This document shows, piece by piece, positions 49,251 to 58,547 of a stretch of DNA of 64,000 bases. Origin of the DNA: an uncultured Thermoanaerobaculia bacterium (GTDB lineage: Bacteria; Acidobacteriota; Thermoanaerobaculia; Multivoradales; JAGPDF01); assembly GCA_964481735.1 (NCBI GenBank), contig CAYZWR010000001.1:29300-93299 (forward strand), in the 5' to 3' direction. How positions within the stretch are numbered: position 1 is the first letter of the stretch; each line of letters begins with the position of its first letter. The notes under the pieces were generated by a model. It did no database searches and was not told where the DNA came from. It worked only from the letters and a program-made list of their open reading frames with translations. The position numbers and the translations under genes are program-made.

Positions 49251-51342
49251 CGAGCAGCAGCTCGCCGTGCTGATGATCGAGGACGATCCCCTCGACGCCG
49301 CGCTCTTCTGCCACCTCCTCGGCGAGGCCGAGCCGCGCGCCCGGATCGAGCACCGATCACGCCTCGCGCACGGCATCGCGCGGCTCGAGCAAGGCGGCAT
49401 CGACCTCGTGCTGCTCGACTTCTCGCTGCCCGACAGCAGCGGGCTCGACTCCTACGACACCCTCGCGGCGCGGCACCCGGAGGTGCCGGTCATCGTCCTC
49501 ACCAGCCTCGACGACGACCGGCTCGCCGCCGAGGCCGTGGCGCGCGGAGCGCAGGACTACCTGGTCAAGCGCGAGGTCGACCTCCGGCTGCTCGGGCGCG
49601 CCCTGCGTTACGCCTTGGCCCGCCACCGCGCCGAACGGGCCCTGCGCCAGAGCGAGGAGCGCTATGCGCTCGCCGTGCGCGGCGCGAACGACGGCCTCTG
49701 GGACTGGGACCTGGACGCCCAGACGGTCTACCTCTCGCCGCGCTGGCGCCAGATGCTGGGGGGCCCGGAGGAGGAGAGCGTCGAGCGCGTCGAGGTCTGG
49801 CTCGAACGGGTGGCGCCGCAGGATCGCGCCACGCTCCGCTCGGCGCTCGCCGCCGCCGACCGCGCCGGAGAGTCCCAGGTCACGCTCGAGCACCGCATGG
49901 TGCGCGACGACGGCGACATCCTCTGGGTGCTCACCCGCGGCGCGCTGGTTCGCGCCGCCGACGGCCGGGTGCGGCGAATCGCCGGCTCGATGACCGACAT
50001 CTCGGCGCGCAAGCACGCCGAGCAACAGCTGCTCTACGATGCGTTTCACGACGGCCTGACCGGGCTCGCCAACCGCAGCCTCTTCCTCGACCGCCTGGGG
50101 GTGGCGCTCGCCGGTCTCAAGCGCGACAGCGAAGGCCGTTTCGCGGTGCTCTTCCTCGATCTCGATCGCTTCAAGACGGTCAACGACAGTCTCGGACACA
50201 CGGTGGGCGATCGCCTGCTGATCGAGATCGCCCGCCGGCTCGAGCGGCAGATGCGGCCGAGCGACACCGTCGCCCGGCTGGGCGGCGACGAGTTCGCGGT
50301 GATCGCCGGCGGGGTGCGCGACGGCGCCGGGGCGGCGCACATCGCGGAGCGCATCCAGCAGGCCCTGGTCGCCCCGTTCCGGATCGGCGGCCAGGAGGTC
50401 TTCGTCACCGCCTCGATCGGCATCGCGCTGCCCGACGACGTCACCGTCGCGGCGGAGAGCCTGCTGCGCGACGCCGATCTGGCGATGTACCGCGCCAAAG
50501 CCGCCGGGCGGGGGCGCTACGAGGTCTTCGACCTGGAGCTCCACCGCGCGGCGGTCGCCCTGCTCAAGCTCGAGACCGAGCTGCGCCGCGCCGTCGCGGC
50601 GGGCGACTTCGTCATGCACTATCAGCCGATCGTGACCCTCGCCAGCGGGCGGATCGTCGGCTTCGAGGCGCTCACCCGCTGGAAGCACCCGGAGCGCGGC
50701 CTGGTCGCGCCGGCGCAGTTCATCGCCCTCGCCGAGGAGACCGGCCTGGTCGTGCCGCTCGGCTGGCTGGTGCTCGACAAGGCCTGCCAGCAGGCGCGCG
50801 AGTGGCAATCGCGCTTCGCGGCCGATCCGCCGCTCTACATGAGCGTCAACGTCTCCGGCAAGCTCTTCGCCCAGGAGGGCGCGGTGGAGCAGCTGCTCGC
50901 GATCCTCGAGCGTTCGGGGCTCGCGCCCGAGAGCCTGCGCCTCGAGGTCACCGAGAGCGTGGTGCTCGACCACGGCGAGGAGGTGATGCGCCGGCTGCGC
51001 CTGCTGCGCAGCTTCGGCGTGCAGCTGTCGATCGACGACTTCGGGACCGGCTACTCCTCGCTCTCCTATCTGCAGCGCTTCCGCTACGACTCGCTGAAGA
51101 TCGACCGTTCCTTCGTGCGCGACCTGGCGCTCGAGGACTCGCGGGTGATCGTCGAGACGATCCTCTCGCTGGCCAGTCACCTCGGCATCGGCGTCGTGGC
51201 GGAAGGCGTGGAGACCGAAGAGCAGCTGGCGCGTCTGCGCCAGCTGGGGTGCCCGCACGGCCAGGGCTACTGGTTCGCGCGGCCCCTCGACGCGAGCGCC
51301 GCCGAGGCGCTCCTGGGCTCCGGGATCAGCCTGCCCAACTGA
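49243..51342 (+). CDS. response regulator with PAS, GGDEF and EAL domains
   Basis: REC (LMIEDD…DLVLLDFSLPD), GGDEF (RLGGDEF), EAL (EALTRW…DDFGTGYSSL); 8-nt overlap with kinase gene. Confidence 0.85.
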   Translation: MGDEQQLAVLMIEDDPLDAALFCHLLGEAEPRARIEHRSRLAHGIARLEQGGIDLVLLDFSLPDSSGLDSYDTLAARHPEVPVIVLTSLDDDRLAAEAVARGAQDYLVKREVDLRLLGRALRYALARHRAERALRQSEERYALAVRGANDGLWDWDLDAQTVYLSPRWRQMLGGPEEESVERVEVWLERVAPQDRATLRSALAAADRAGESQVTLEHRMVRDDGDILWVLTRGALVRAADGRVRRIAGSMTDISARKHAEQQLLYDAFHDGLTGLANRSLFLDRLGVALAGLKRDSEGRFAVLFLDLDRFKTVNDSLGHTVGDRLLIEIARRLERQMRPSDTVARLGGDEFAVIAGGVRDGAGAAHIAERIQQALVAPFRIGGQEVFVTASIGIALPDDVTVAAESLLRDADLAMYRAKAAGRGRYEVFDLELHRAAVALLKLETELRRAVAAGDFVMHYQPIVTLASGRIVGFEALTRWKHPERGLVAPAQFIALAEETGLVVPLGWLVLDKACQQAREWQSRFAADPPLYMSVNVSGKLFAQEGAVEQLLAILERSGLAPESLRLEVTESVVLDHGEEVMRRLRLLRSFGVQLSIDDFGTGYSSLSYLQRFRYDSLKIDRSFVRDLALEDSRVIVETILSLASHLGIGVVAEGVETEEQLARLRQLGCPHGQGYWFARPLDASAAEALLGSGISLPN

Positions 51343-51354
51343 GCGCCCGGACGC

Positions 51355-52641
51355 TCAGACGATCTCCCACTTGCGGGCGACGCGGCGGGCGAGCCAGAAG
51401 AGGACGGCCGTCCAGGCGAGCAGGACGCCGATCTCGGGGAGGATCGCGGTCCAGCCGCTCTCGCGCCAGAAGACGTCCAGGAAACCCTCGAGCGCCCAGG
51501 CGTTGAAGGCGACGAGGCTCGCCTTCTGCAGTCCTTCCGGCATCAGGAAGCGGGGGAACATCGAGCCCCCCAGGGCGGACATCGAGAGGATCACCAGGTT
51601 GGACATCGCGACCAGCTGCTTGCGGGTCCGGCAGACCGCCGCGAGCAGGAGCCCGAAGGCCGAGGAGACGAGCGCGGTCGGCACGGCCATCAGCGCGAAG
51701 CCGGCGAGATGGCTCGGCAGCTCGAGATCGAACAGCGCCCAGCCCCAGACGAACATGAGGACGAGCTGCGCGACGCCGAGCGAAGCGAGATAGAGGAGCT
51801 TGCCGGCCAGCAGCTGCCCCATCGTGACGCGCGTCGAGAGCAGACGGTCGAGCGTGCCGCTCTCGCGCTCCTCGATCAGCGCGCCGCCGGCGCCGGCGGC
51901 GGTGAAGAGCAGGAACATGACGCCCAGTCCCGCCGCGTAGAAGGCGACCAGCGGGTTCTTCTTGCCCTCGCCCAGCAGGTCGCGCGTCTTGACCGCGATC
52001 GGCAGCGCGGCGCCGTCACCCGCCGCGGCGGCTGCCGGGGCCGCCGTCTCGGCCGCGCGCAGGTGCGCCAGGAGCTCGTCGAATCGGCTCCGCTGCTCGG
52101 CCGAGAAGCCGGCCACGCGATCGAGCGAGTCGATGCCGCCGGCGAGGAAGAGGTCGGGCATGCCGGTGAAGATCACCTTCTGGAGCAGGCCGCCCGCCAT
52201 CCGCGAAGCGATCGGGTCGGAGCTGTCGGCGAGCAGCTCGACCTCGGGCTTGTCGCCCTCCACCGGGCCGAAGCCGAAGTGCCTGGCGCCGAAGCCGGGC
52301 GGAATCACCAGGGCGACGGCGGCCTCGCCGGCCCGCACCGCCGCCTCGGCTGTCGCCCGATCGTAAGGCGCGGGCGACGGCGCCCCGGGCTCCGCCCGCG
52401 GGGCGCGCCGCAGGTCGATCGTCTCCTCGGCGGCGAGCGCGGCGACGAGGCGCGCCGAGCGCTCGCTGCGATCCTCGTCGACCAGGAGAAGGCGGAGCTT
52501 GCGGGTCGCCGAATCGCGCTGCCCGCCGAAGATCAGCGCGAAGATGGTGAAGAAGACGATCGGCACGGCGAAGGAGAGCGCCAGCGCGGCGCGATCGCGC
52601 CGCAACTGCTGCCACCCGGCGGCAACCAGCGTGCCGATCAT
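51355..52641 (-). CDS. ABC-2 type transporter permease
   Basis: N-terminal TM, large periplasmic loop, 5 C-terminal TM helices; overlaps ATPase gene. Confidence 0.8.
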   Translation of the reverse strand: MIGTLVAAGWQQLRRDRAALALSFAVPIVFFTIFALIFGGQRDSATRKLRLLLVDEDRSERSARLVAALAAEETIDLRRAPRAEPGAPSPAPYDRATAEAAVRAGEAAVALVIPPGFGARHFGFGPVEGDKPEVELLADSSDPIASRMAGGLLQKVIFTGMPDLFLAGGIDSLDRVAGFSAEQRSRFDELLAHLRAAETAAPAAAAAGDGAALPIAVKTRDLLGEGKKNPLVAFYAAGLGVMFLLFTAAGAGGALIEERESGTLDRLLSTRVTMGQLLAGKLLYLASLGVAQLVLMFVWGWALFDLELPSHLAGFALMAVPTALVSSAFGLLLAAVCRTRKQLVAMSNLVILSMSALGGSMFPRFLMPEGLQKASLVAFNAWALEGFLDVFWRESGWTAILPEIGVLLAWTAVLFWLARRVARKWEIV

Positions 52642-53555
52642 TCGCGCAGCTCCCTGCCGGTCAGATGCATGAAGACGCTCTCGAGCCCGGGGCTGAGCAG
52701 CTCGAGGTCGGCGACCCCCACGCCGCAGCGATCGAAGGCGGCGAGCAGGCGCGGGATGGCGACCGCGGGCTCGCCGGTGGTCAAGTGGAGCTCGCGGCCG
52801 TCGAGCCGCGCGGCGGGAAACTCGGCGCCGAGGCTCGCCGGGAGCTCGCGCTCGCCGTGCACCACCACCCGCCGTCCCGAACCGACGGTCGAGCGCACCA
52901 GCTCCTCCTGGCTGCCGGTCGCGATCACCCGCCCATGGTCGATCACCGCCACGCGGTCGCAGAGCCGCTCCGCCTCCTCCATGTAGTGCGTGGTGATGAG
53001 GATCGCGACGCCGCGTCCGGCGAGCTCGACGATCATCTCGTAGATGCGCTCGCGCGACTGCGGGTCGACACCGACCGTCGGCTCGTCGAGCAGCAGCACG
53101 CGCGGCTCGGCGAGGATGCCGACCGCGAGGTTGAGCCGGCGCTTCATCCCGCCCGAGAAGGCCTCCACCGGATCGCCGGCGCGGTCCTCGAGCTTGGAGA
53201 AGGCGAGCGCCGCGGCGACCGCGCGGCGCAGCGGCGCGCCGAGGACCCCCATCAGGCGGCCGAAGAAGAGCAGGTTCTGCTCCGCGGTGAGCACGCCGTA
53301 GAGGGCGATCTCCTGCGGGACGTAGCCCAGCGTGGCGCGCGCCCCGGGGTCCTCGGCGGGTCGTTCGAGGAGCCGGATCTCGCCCTGGTCGGGGCGCACC
53401 CGCCCGACGAGGGCCCGCACCAGCGTCGACTTGCCGGCGCCGTTCGGCCCCAGCAGACCGAGCACTTCGCCCGGCACGAGGTGGAGGTCGACGCCCGCGA
53501 GCGCCTGCAGCTCACCGAATCGCTTGGTCAGCCCGCGAATCTCGACCGCGTTCAC
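52638..53555 (-). CDS. ABC transporter ATP-binding protein
   Basis: Walker A GPNGAGKST, signature SGGMKRR, Walker B LLLDEP. Confidence 0.9.
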   Translation of the reverse strand: MNAVEIRGLTKRFGELQALAGVDLHLVPGEVLGLLGPNGAGKSTLVRALVGRVRPDQGEIRLLERPAEDPGARATLGYVPQEIALYGVLTAEQNLLFFGRLMGVLGAPLRRAVAAALAFSKLEDRAGDPVEAFSGGMKRRLNLAVGILAEPRVLLLDEPTVGVDPQSRERIYEMIVELAGRGVAILITTHYMEEAERLCDRVAVIDHGRVIATGSQEELVRSTVGSGRRVVVHGERELPASLGAEFPAARLDGRELHLTTGEPAVAIPRLLAAFDRCGVGVADLELLSPGLESVFMHLTGRELRE

Positions 53556-53633
53556 GTCGCCATCCTACGTCGGCGCGACGCCTCCGGCAGCGCTCGACCG
53601 GCCGGTGGCGACGCCCCGCCGGCGAACGTCGCC

Positions 53634-54698
53634 TCAGGCCCCGGCGAGCGCGGCGGCGATCGCCGGACCGTAGGGCGGCCGGAGGATCCCGGCCTCGGTG
53701 ACGATGGCCGAGACCAGCTCGGCCGGCGTCACGTCGAAGGCGAGATTGAATCCCAGCGAGCCCGCAGGTGCCGTGGGCACGCCGGCGAGGCGGGTGATCT
53801 CCTCGCCCGAGCGTTCCTCGATCGGGATGTCGGCGCCGCTCGCGGTCCGTGGATCGACCGTCGAGAGCGGCGCGGCGACGTAGAACGGGACGCCGTGGCG
53901 CCGGGCGAGCACCGCGACGGTGTAAGTGCCGATCTTGTTGGCAACGTCGCCATTGGCCGCGATCCGGTCGGAGCCGACGATCACCCGGTCGACCACCCCG
54001 CGGCTCATCAGCGCGCCGACCATCGAATCGGTCACCACGCGGTGCGGCACGCCGAGGCGCGCCAGCTCCCAGGCGGTCAGACGCGCGCCTTGCAGCAGCG
54101 GGCGCGTCTCGTCGACCCAGACCTGGGCCAGCCGTCCGGCACGGAAGGCGGCGGCGAGCACCCCCACGGCGGTGCCGATCCCCCCGGTGGCGAGCGCGCC
54201 GGCGTTGCAGTGGGTGAGCGCGCGATCGCCCGGCGCGAAGAGCGTCGCGCCATGCTCGGCCATCCGCCGGTTGCGTGCGATGTCGTCGTCGTGCAGGCCG
54301 CGCGCCCAGTCGAGCAGCCCGGCGATCGCCGCCTCGCGCGGCCGTGCGGCGAGCACCTGCCAGGCCCCGGCCCCCTCCTCGAGCGCCCAGCGGAGGTTGA
54401 CCGCGGTGGGACGGGTCGCGAGCAGCAGCGCGCTCGCCCGCGCGAAGCGCCGCCCGAGGTCCTCCTCGGGGTCCTCGGGATCGGCGAGCGCCACGACCAG
54501 CCCGTAGGCGGCGGCGACGCCGATCGCCGGGGCACCGCGCACCGCCAGGCGGCGAATCGCCTCGGCGACCTCCTCGACGTGGCGGGGCTGGAGCCAGAGC
54601 TCCTCGCCGGGCAGGCGGGTCTGATCGAGCAGCTCGAGGCCGCGGGCGCTCCAGCGCAAGGGAGAGAACTCGTCGGACGGGCGCATTTCGCGTCCCAT
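53634..54698 (-). CDS. mtnA: S-methyl-5-thioribose-1-phosphate isomerase (eIF-2B-like)
   Basis: eIF2B/MtnA family layout, CNAGALAT and GSDRIAANGD motifs; alternative ATG at 54686. Confidence 0.8.
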   Translation of the reverse strand: MGREMRPSDEFSPLRWSARGLELLDQTRLPGEELWLQPRHVEEVAEAIRRLAVRGAPAIGVAAAYGLVVALADPEDPEEDLGRRFARASALLLATRPTAVNLRWALEEGAGAWQVLAARPREAAIAGLLDWARGLHDDDIARNRRMAEHGATLFAPGDRALTHCNAGALATGGIGTAVGVLAAAFRAGRLAQVWVDETRPLLQGARLTAWELARLGVPHRVVTDSMVGALMSRGVVDRVIVGSDRIAANGDVANKIGTYTVAVLARRHGVPFYVAAPLSTVDPRTASGADIPIEERSGEEITRLAGVPTAPAGSLGFNLAFDVTPAELVSAIVTEAGILRPPYGPAIAAALAGA

Positions 54699-54786
54699 CC
54701 TAGAACGCCGGCTGCTAGGATTCGCCCCTCGTGCCCGTGGCGCTCTCGCGAGCGCAGCGCGGCCGCGCCCCGAGGGAGGCTCCGAC

Positions 54787-55947
54787 GTGAAAGGCGACTG
54801 GAAGGACCGAGGCTTTGCGACCCGCGCGATCCACGCCGGTCAGCACCCCGACCCGGCGACCGGCGCGGTGGCGGTGCCGATCTACGCCACCTCGACCTAC
54901 GTGCACGACAAGCTGGGCGAGCACAAGGGCTTCGAGTACGCCCGCGTGCAGAACCCCACCCGCTTCGCGCTGGAGGCGAACGTCGCGGCGCTCGAAGGGG
55001 GCACCTCGGGCCACGCTTTCGCCTCCGGCATGTCGGCGATCGCCGCGCTGATGACCCTCCTGCGCACCGGCGAGCACGTGGTCTGCTCGCGCAACGTCTA
55101 CGGCGGCACCTACCGCTTCATGACCCAGGTGCTCGACCGCTACGGCGTGCTCTCGAGCTGGGTCGACTCGACCGATCTCGCCAACGTCCGGGCGGCCCTG
55201 CGGCCGGAGACCCGGATGGTCTACGTCGAGACGCCGACCAATCCGATGATGGAGGTGACCGATCTCGCCGGCGCGGCCGAGCTCGCGCACGCGCACGGCT
55301 GTCTGCTCGCCGTCGACAACACCTTCATGTCGCCCTGCTTCCAGCGCCCGCTGGAGCTCGGCGCCGACGTCGTCGTCCACTCGACCACCAAGTTCCTCAA
55401 CGGGCACTCCGATTCGATCGGCGGCCTGCTGGTCGCCAAGGCGGCGCGCGAGGGGGAGTGGTTCTACTTCGTCCAGAAGTCCGAGGGCGCGATCCTCTCG
55501 CCGTTCGATTCCTTCCTGGTCCTGCGCGGCATCAAGACGCTCGGCGTCCGCATGGAGCGCCACGAGGCGAGCGGTCGCGCGCTCGCCGAGCACCTGGCGC
55601 GCCATCCCAAGGTGCGCGCCGTGTTCTATCCCGGCCTCCCCGAGCACCCCGGGCACGCCGTGCAGCGGCGCCAGGCAACCGGCTTCGGAGCGCTCATCAC
55701 CTTCGATCTGGGAAGCTACGCCGCTGCCGAGACCTTCCTCAACCGGGTCGAGGTGATGTCGCTCGCCGAGAGCCTCGGCGGAGTCGAGACGCTCACCTCG
55801 CACCCCGCGTCGATGACCCACGCCTCGGTGCCCGCCGACAAGCGGGCCGAGCTCGGGATCACCGACGGCCTGGTGCGCGTCTCGGTCGGCCTAGAGGATC
55901 TCGAGGACCTGCTGGCCGACGTCGACCGCGCGCTCGCGGCGATCTAG
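54787..55947 (+). CDS. cystathionine gamma-synthase/lyase family PLP enzyme
   Basis: PLP-lysine region HSTTKFLNGHSD, Cys/Met-metabolism PLP enzyme family; GTG start. Confidence 0.85.
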   Translation: MKGDWKDRGFATRAIHAGQHPDPATGAVAVPIYATSTYVHDKLGEHKGFEYARVQNPTRFALEANVAALEGGTSGHAFASGMSAIAALMTLLRTGEHVVCSRNVYGGTYRFMTQVLDRYGVLSSWVDSTDLANVRAALRPETRMVYVETPTNPMMEVTDLAGAAELAHAHGCLLAVDNTFMSPCFQRPLELGADVVVHSTTKFLNGHSDSIGGLLVAKAAREGEWFYFVQKSEGAILSPFDSFLVLRGIKTLGVRMERHEASGRALAEHLARHPKVRAVFYPGLPEHPGHAVQRRQATGFGALITFDLGSYAAAETFLNRVEVMSLAESLGGVETLTSHPASMTHASVPADKRAELGITDGLVRVSVGLEDLEDLLADVDRALAAI

Positions 55948-55953
55948 CGAGAG

Positions 55954-56346
55954 CTAGTAGTTGGTTTCGTCGAGCATCTCGGGCTCTTCTTCGTCCGAGA
56001 AGGGGGCGTTCTTGTCGAGCGAGCCGGCGAGCCAATCGAGGAAGGCGGGCTCTCCCTTGCAGACCTTGAAACAGAGGATCTCGGGCAGCTCGTAGCTGTG
56101 CAGCTCCTTGATCGTCGCTTCGATCGCGGGGTACTCGCTCTCGAGCGTCTTCGCCAGGAGCATGAACTCGGTGTCGCGGCAGATCTTGCCCTGCCAGCGG
56201 TAGACCGAACGCAGTCCCGAGACGATGTTGACGCAGGCCGCGTGCCGCCGGGCGATCAGCTCGGAGGCGATGAGGTTGGCCTGTTCTTCGGTGCCGACGG
56301 TGGTTACGACGACGAGTCCTGCCACGGGCGGGGAAGCTACTCCCAT
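55954..56346 (-). CDS. cutA: divalent-cation tolerance protein CutA
   Basis: VVVTTVGTEEQANLIASELI…CVNIVSGLRSVYRWQGKI…YELPEI CutA1 motifs; acidic C-terminal extension. Confidence 0.75.
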   Translation of the reverse strand: MGVASPPVAGLVVVTTVGTEEQANLIASELIARRHAACVNIVSGLRSVYRWQGKICRDTEFMLLAKTLESEYPAIEATIKELHSYELPEILCFKVCKGEPAFLDWLAGSLDKNAPFSDEEEPEMLDETNY

Positions 56347-56405
56347 CCGGCGAGTCAAGTCAAACCGCGGTGCGGCATGCGGCGGACGCCGGGCCCTCGC
56401 CCGGC

Positions 56406-57008
56406 TCAACGCGCCAGCCAGCGCTCGTTCGCGACGTCGTAGGTGAGCCGTCCGACCTTCCCGGTGCGGCCGAAGACCCGCACCGCGGCGAGATGGCGCT
56501 TGCCGTCCGTCACGTACACCGAGCCCGGGGTCGAACCGCCGAAGTCGCTGAAGGAGGCGATGTCGGAGCGGTTGAAACGAATCGGGTCGTCGAGCCGGTC
56601 GAGCCGGCGGCGGGGGTCGGCGGGATCGCGCGGGGCCTCTCCTGGCGGGAAGCCGAAGCGGATCTGCCGCCCGAAGTGGGCGAGTCGTTGGACGGGAGCC
56701 ACCTCGGGGTCGACCCCGGACTCGATGTCGGCGCTGAGCACGCCGTCGCCATCCCCGTCGCGGTAGAGCGCCCAGGTCACCGCGCCGTCGTCCGCGACGC
56801 GGAACTTGAGCCCCACGTAGGCGCTGTGGCGGATCGCGAAGGCGCGCGCAAGGCGCAGCGTGGAGGCGACTTCCATGGCGGCGAGCTCGACGCGAAGCTG
56901 GCCGGCGAGGTCGAGCAGCACGGGCACGCCGAGCGTCACGAGGAGCCCCGAGAGCGCCAGGCCCAGCACCAGCTCGAGCAGGCTCGTACCGCGTTCTTTC
57001 GCGCGCAT
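56406..57008 (-). CDS. prepilin-type N-terminal cleavage/methylation domain protein (GspH/FimT-like pseudopilin)
   Basis: RGTSLLELVLGLALSGLLV class-III signal; ATG 57008 chosen (GGAGG upstream). Confidence 0.7.
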   Translation of the reverse strand: MRAKERGTSLLELVLGLALSGLLVTLGVPVLLDLAGQLRVELAAMEVASTLRLARAFAIRHSAYVGLKFRVADDGAVTWALYRDGDGDGVLSADIESGVDPEVAPVQRLAHFGRQIRFGFPPGEAPRDPADPRRRLDRLDDPIRFNRSDIASFSDFGGSTPGSVYVTDGKRHLAAVRVFGRTGKVGRLTYDVANERWLAR

Positions 57009-57037
57009 GGTCGTCGCCTCCACCCTGGGCTCCGGGC

Positions 57038-57385
57038 TCAGCTCTTCGCCGCCGGGGCCGACTTCGCCTGCCGCGGCAGTTGGACCTTCTCGGCGAGGGT
57101 GGTCGCCCCGGAGAGCGCCACGTAGGGCTTGATCTGCTCGAAGGTCGACTCGCCGATGCCACGCACCAGCATCAGGTCCTCGAGGCTCTTGAAGGCGCCG
57201 TTCTTCTCGCGGTGCTCGACGATCCGCTGCGCGACCGCCGGTCCGATGCGCGGCAGCAGCTGGAGCTGATCGACCGTGGCGGTGTTGACGTTCACCGTCC
57301 CGCCGGGCGCGGCAAAGGCCGGCAGGGCAGCGAGGGTGAGGACGAGGGCGAGAACGGCGGCGACGAAACGACGGCTCTGCGACAT
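57038..57385 (-). CDS. comEA: ComEA-family helix-hairpin-helix DNA-binding protein
   Basis: Signal/TM then VNVNTATVDQLQLLPRIGPAVAQRIVEHR…LVRGIGESTFEQI HhH pair; ATG 57385 after AAGGAG. Confidence 0.8.
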   Translation of the reverse strand: MSQSRRFVAAVLALVLTLAALPAFAAPGGTVNVNTATVDQLQLLPRIGPAVAQRIVEHREKNGAFKSLEDLMLVRGIGESTFEQIKPYVALSGATTLAEKVQLPRQAKSAPAAKS

Positions 57386-57798
57386 GGTGAAGCTCCTTTC
57401 CTTGGGTTCGGCGGCGCAGCGCGCCGCGCGGGTTGGTTCGAATGGGTTGTCGAGTTGCTTCAACGATCGGTGCTGCGTTCCGAATTGGCCTGCGCGGTTC
57501 GGTCTTTCGGGCTCTCTCTCGGCGTCCCTCCTTTCTCCGCTGGGTTGACCTGCGCGAGCCTCTAGATCACGTTCGCTGCCACCTCCCAGGAAAGAGTCAA
57601 GTTGAAGTAAACAAACGGCTTGACGAAATCGTTCGGAGCGTGGCGGGGAGGCCGCGGGACAAGCGATCAGGCGGCGGGGAGACCGTTCGGGGGTGGGCGA
57701 CGCGGCGCGGGGTCGCTCCGCGCTGGGGTCGAGGCCGCTGTCAAGGAATCTGGACGGCGGCGCAATCGCTTGCGCCGATCGGATAGGCTCCGCGAGCC

Positions 57799-58506
57799 AT
57801 GACCGAGGCGACGCCCCGCTCGACCGCGCGCGAGTATGCCGAGGCCCTGCTGATCGCGGCGCTCTTCCTGCTGTTCACCAACACCTTCGTCATCAAGACC
57901 TTCTTCATCCCGAGCGGATCGATGGAGAACACGCTGCTGGTGGGGGACCACCTGTTCGTCAACCGGTTCATCTTCGGGCCGGCGGCGAGCGAGGCCGAGC
58001 GCTCGCTGCTCCCGCTGCGCTCCCCGCGGCGCGGCGACATCGTCATCTTCCGCTCGCCCGAGCGCCCGACGGTCGACCTGGTGAAGCGCCTCATCGGCCT
58101 GCCGGGCGACACCCTGCAGATCATCAGCAAACAGCTCTACGTCAACGGCCAGAAGGTCGCCGACGGTGGCTACGTCGAGCACAAGGACCCGCGCACCTTC
58201 CTCAATCGGCCCTACCTGTCCGAGCAGATGCGGCTGCGCGACAATTTCGGGCCGGTCACGGTGCCCGAGGGGCAGTACTTCTGCATGGGAGACAACCGCG
58301 ACTACTCCTACGACTCCCGCTTCTGGGGGACGGTGCCCGCGCACTATCTGAAGGGACGCGCTTTCGTCATCTACTGGTCCTTCGGCGGCGGCACCTCCGA
58401 CGGCACCTGGCGTGGCCTGCCCGCGAAGCTCAAGGAGATCGCCAACACCATCATCGGGTTCCCGACCAAGACCCGGTGGGCACGCACCTTCCACCTGCCA
58501 CGCTGA
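57799..58506 (+). CDS. lepB: signal peptidase I
   Basis: Box B SGSMENTL (Ser), box D KRLIGLPGD (Lys), box E GDNRDYSYDSRFWG. Confidence 0.9.
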   Translation: MTEATPRSTAREYAEALLIAALFLLFTNTFVIKTFFIPSGSMENTLLVGDHLFVNRFIFGPAASEAERSLLPLRSPRRGDIVIFRSPERPTVDLVKRLIGLPGDTLQIISKQLYVNGQKVADGGYVEHKDPRTFLNRPYLSEQMRLRDNFGPVTVPEGQYFCMGDNRDYSYDSRFWGTVPAHYLKGRAFVIYWSFGGGTSDGTWRGLPAKLKEIANTIIGFPTKTRWARTFHLPR

Positions 58507-58547
58507 GCCGCCGCTCGCTCGTCCGCGGTCTCGTCGACGCCGGGCTG

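Noticed and set aside
57395-57430. GGTTCGAATGGG resembling a tRNA T-arm in the comEA-lepB spacer
   Set aside because: Flanking sequence cannot form the T-stem or an acceptor stem; isolated similarity only
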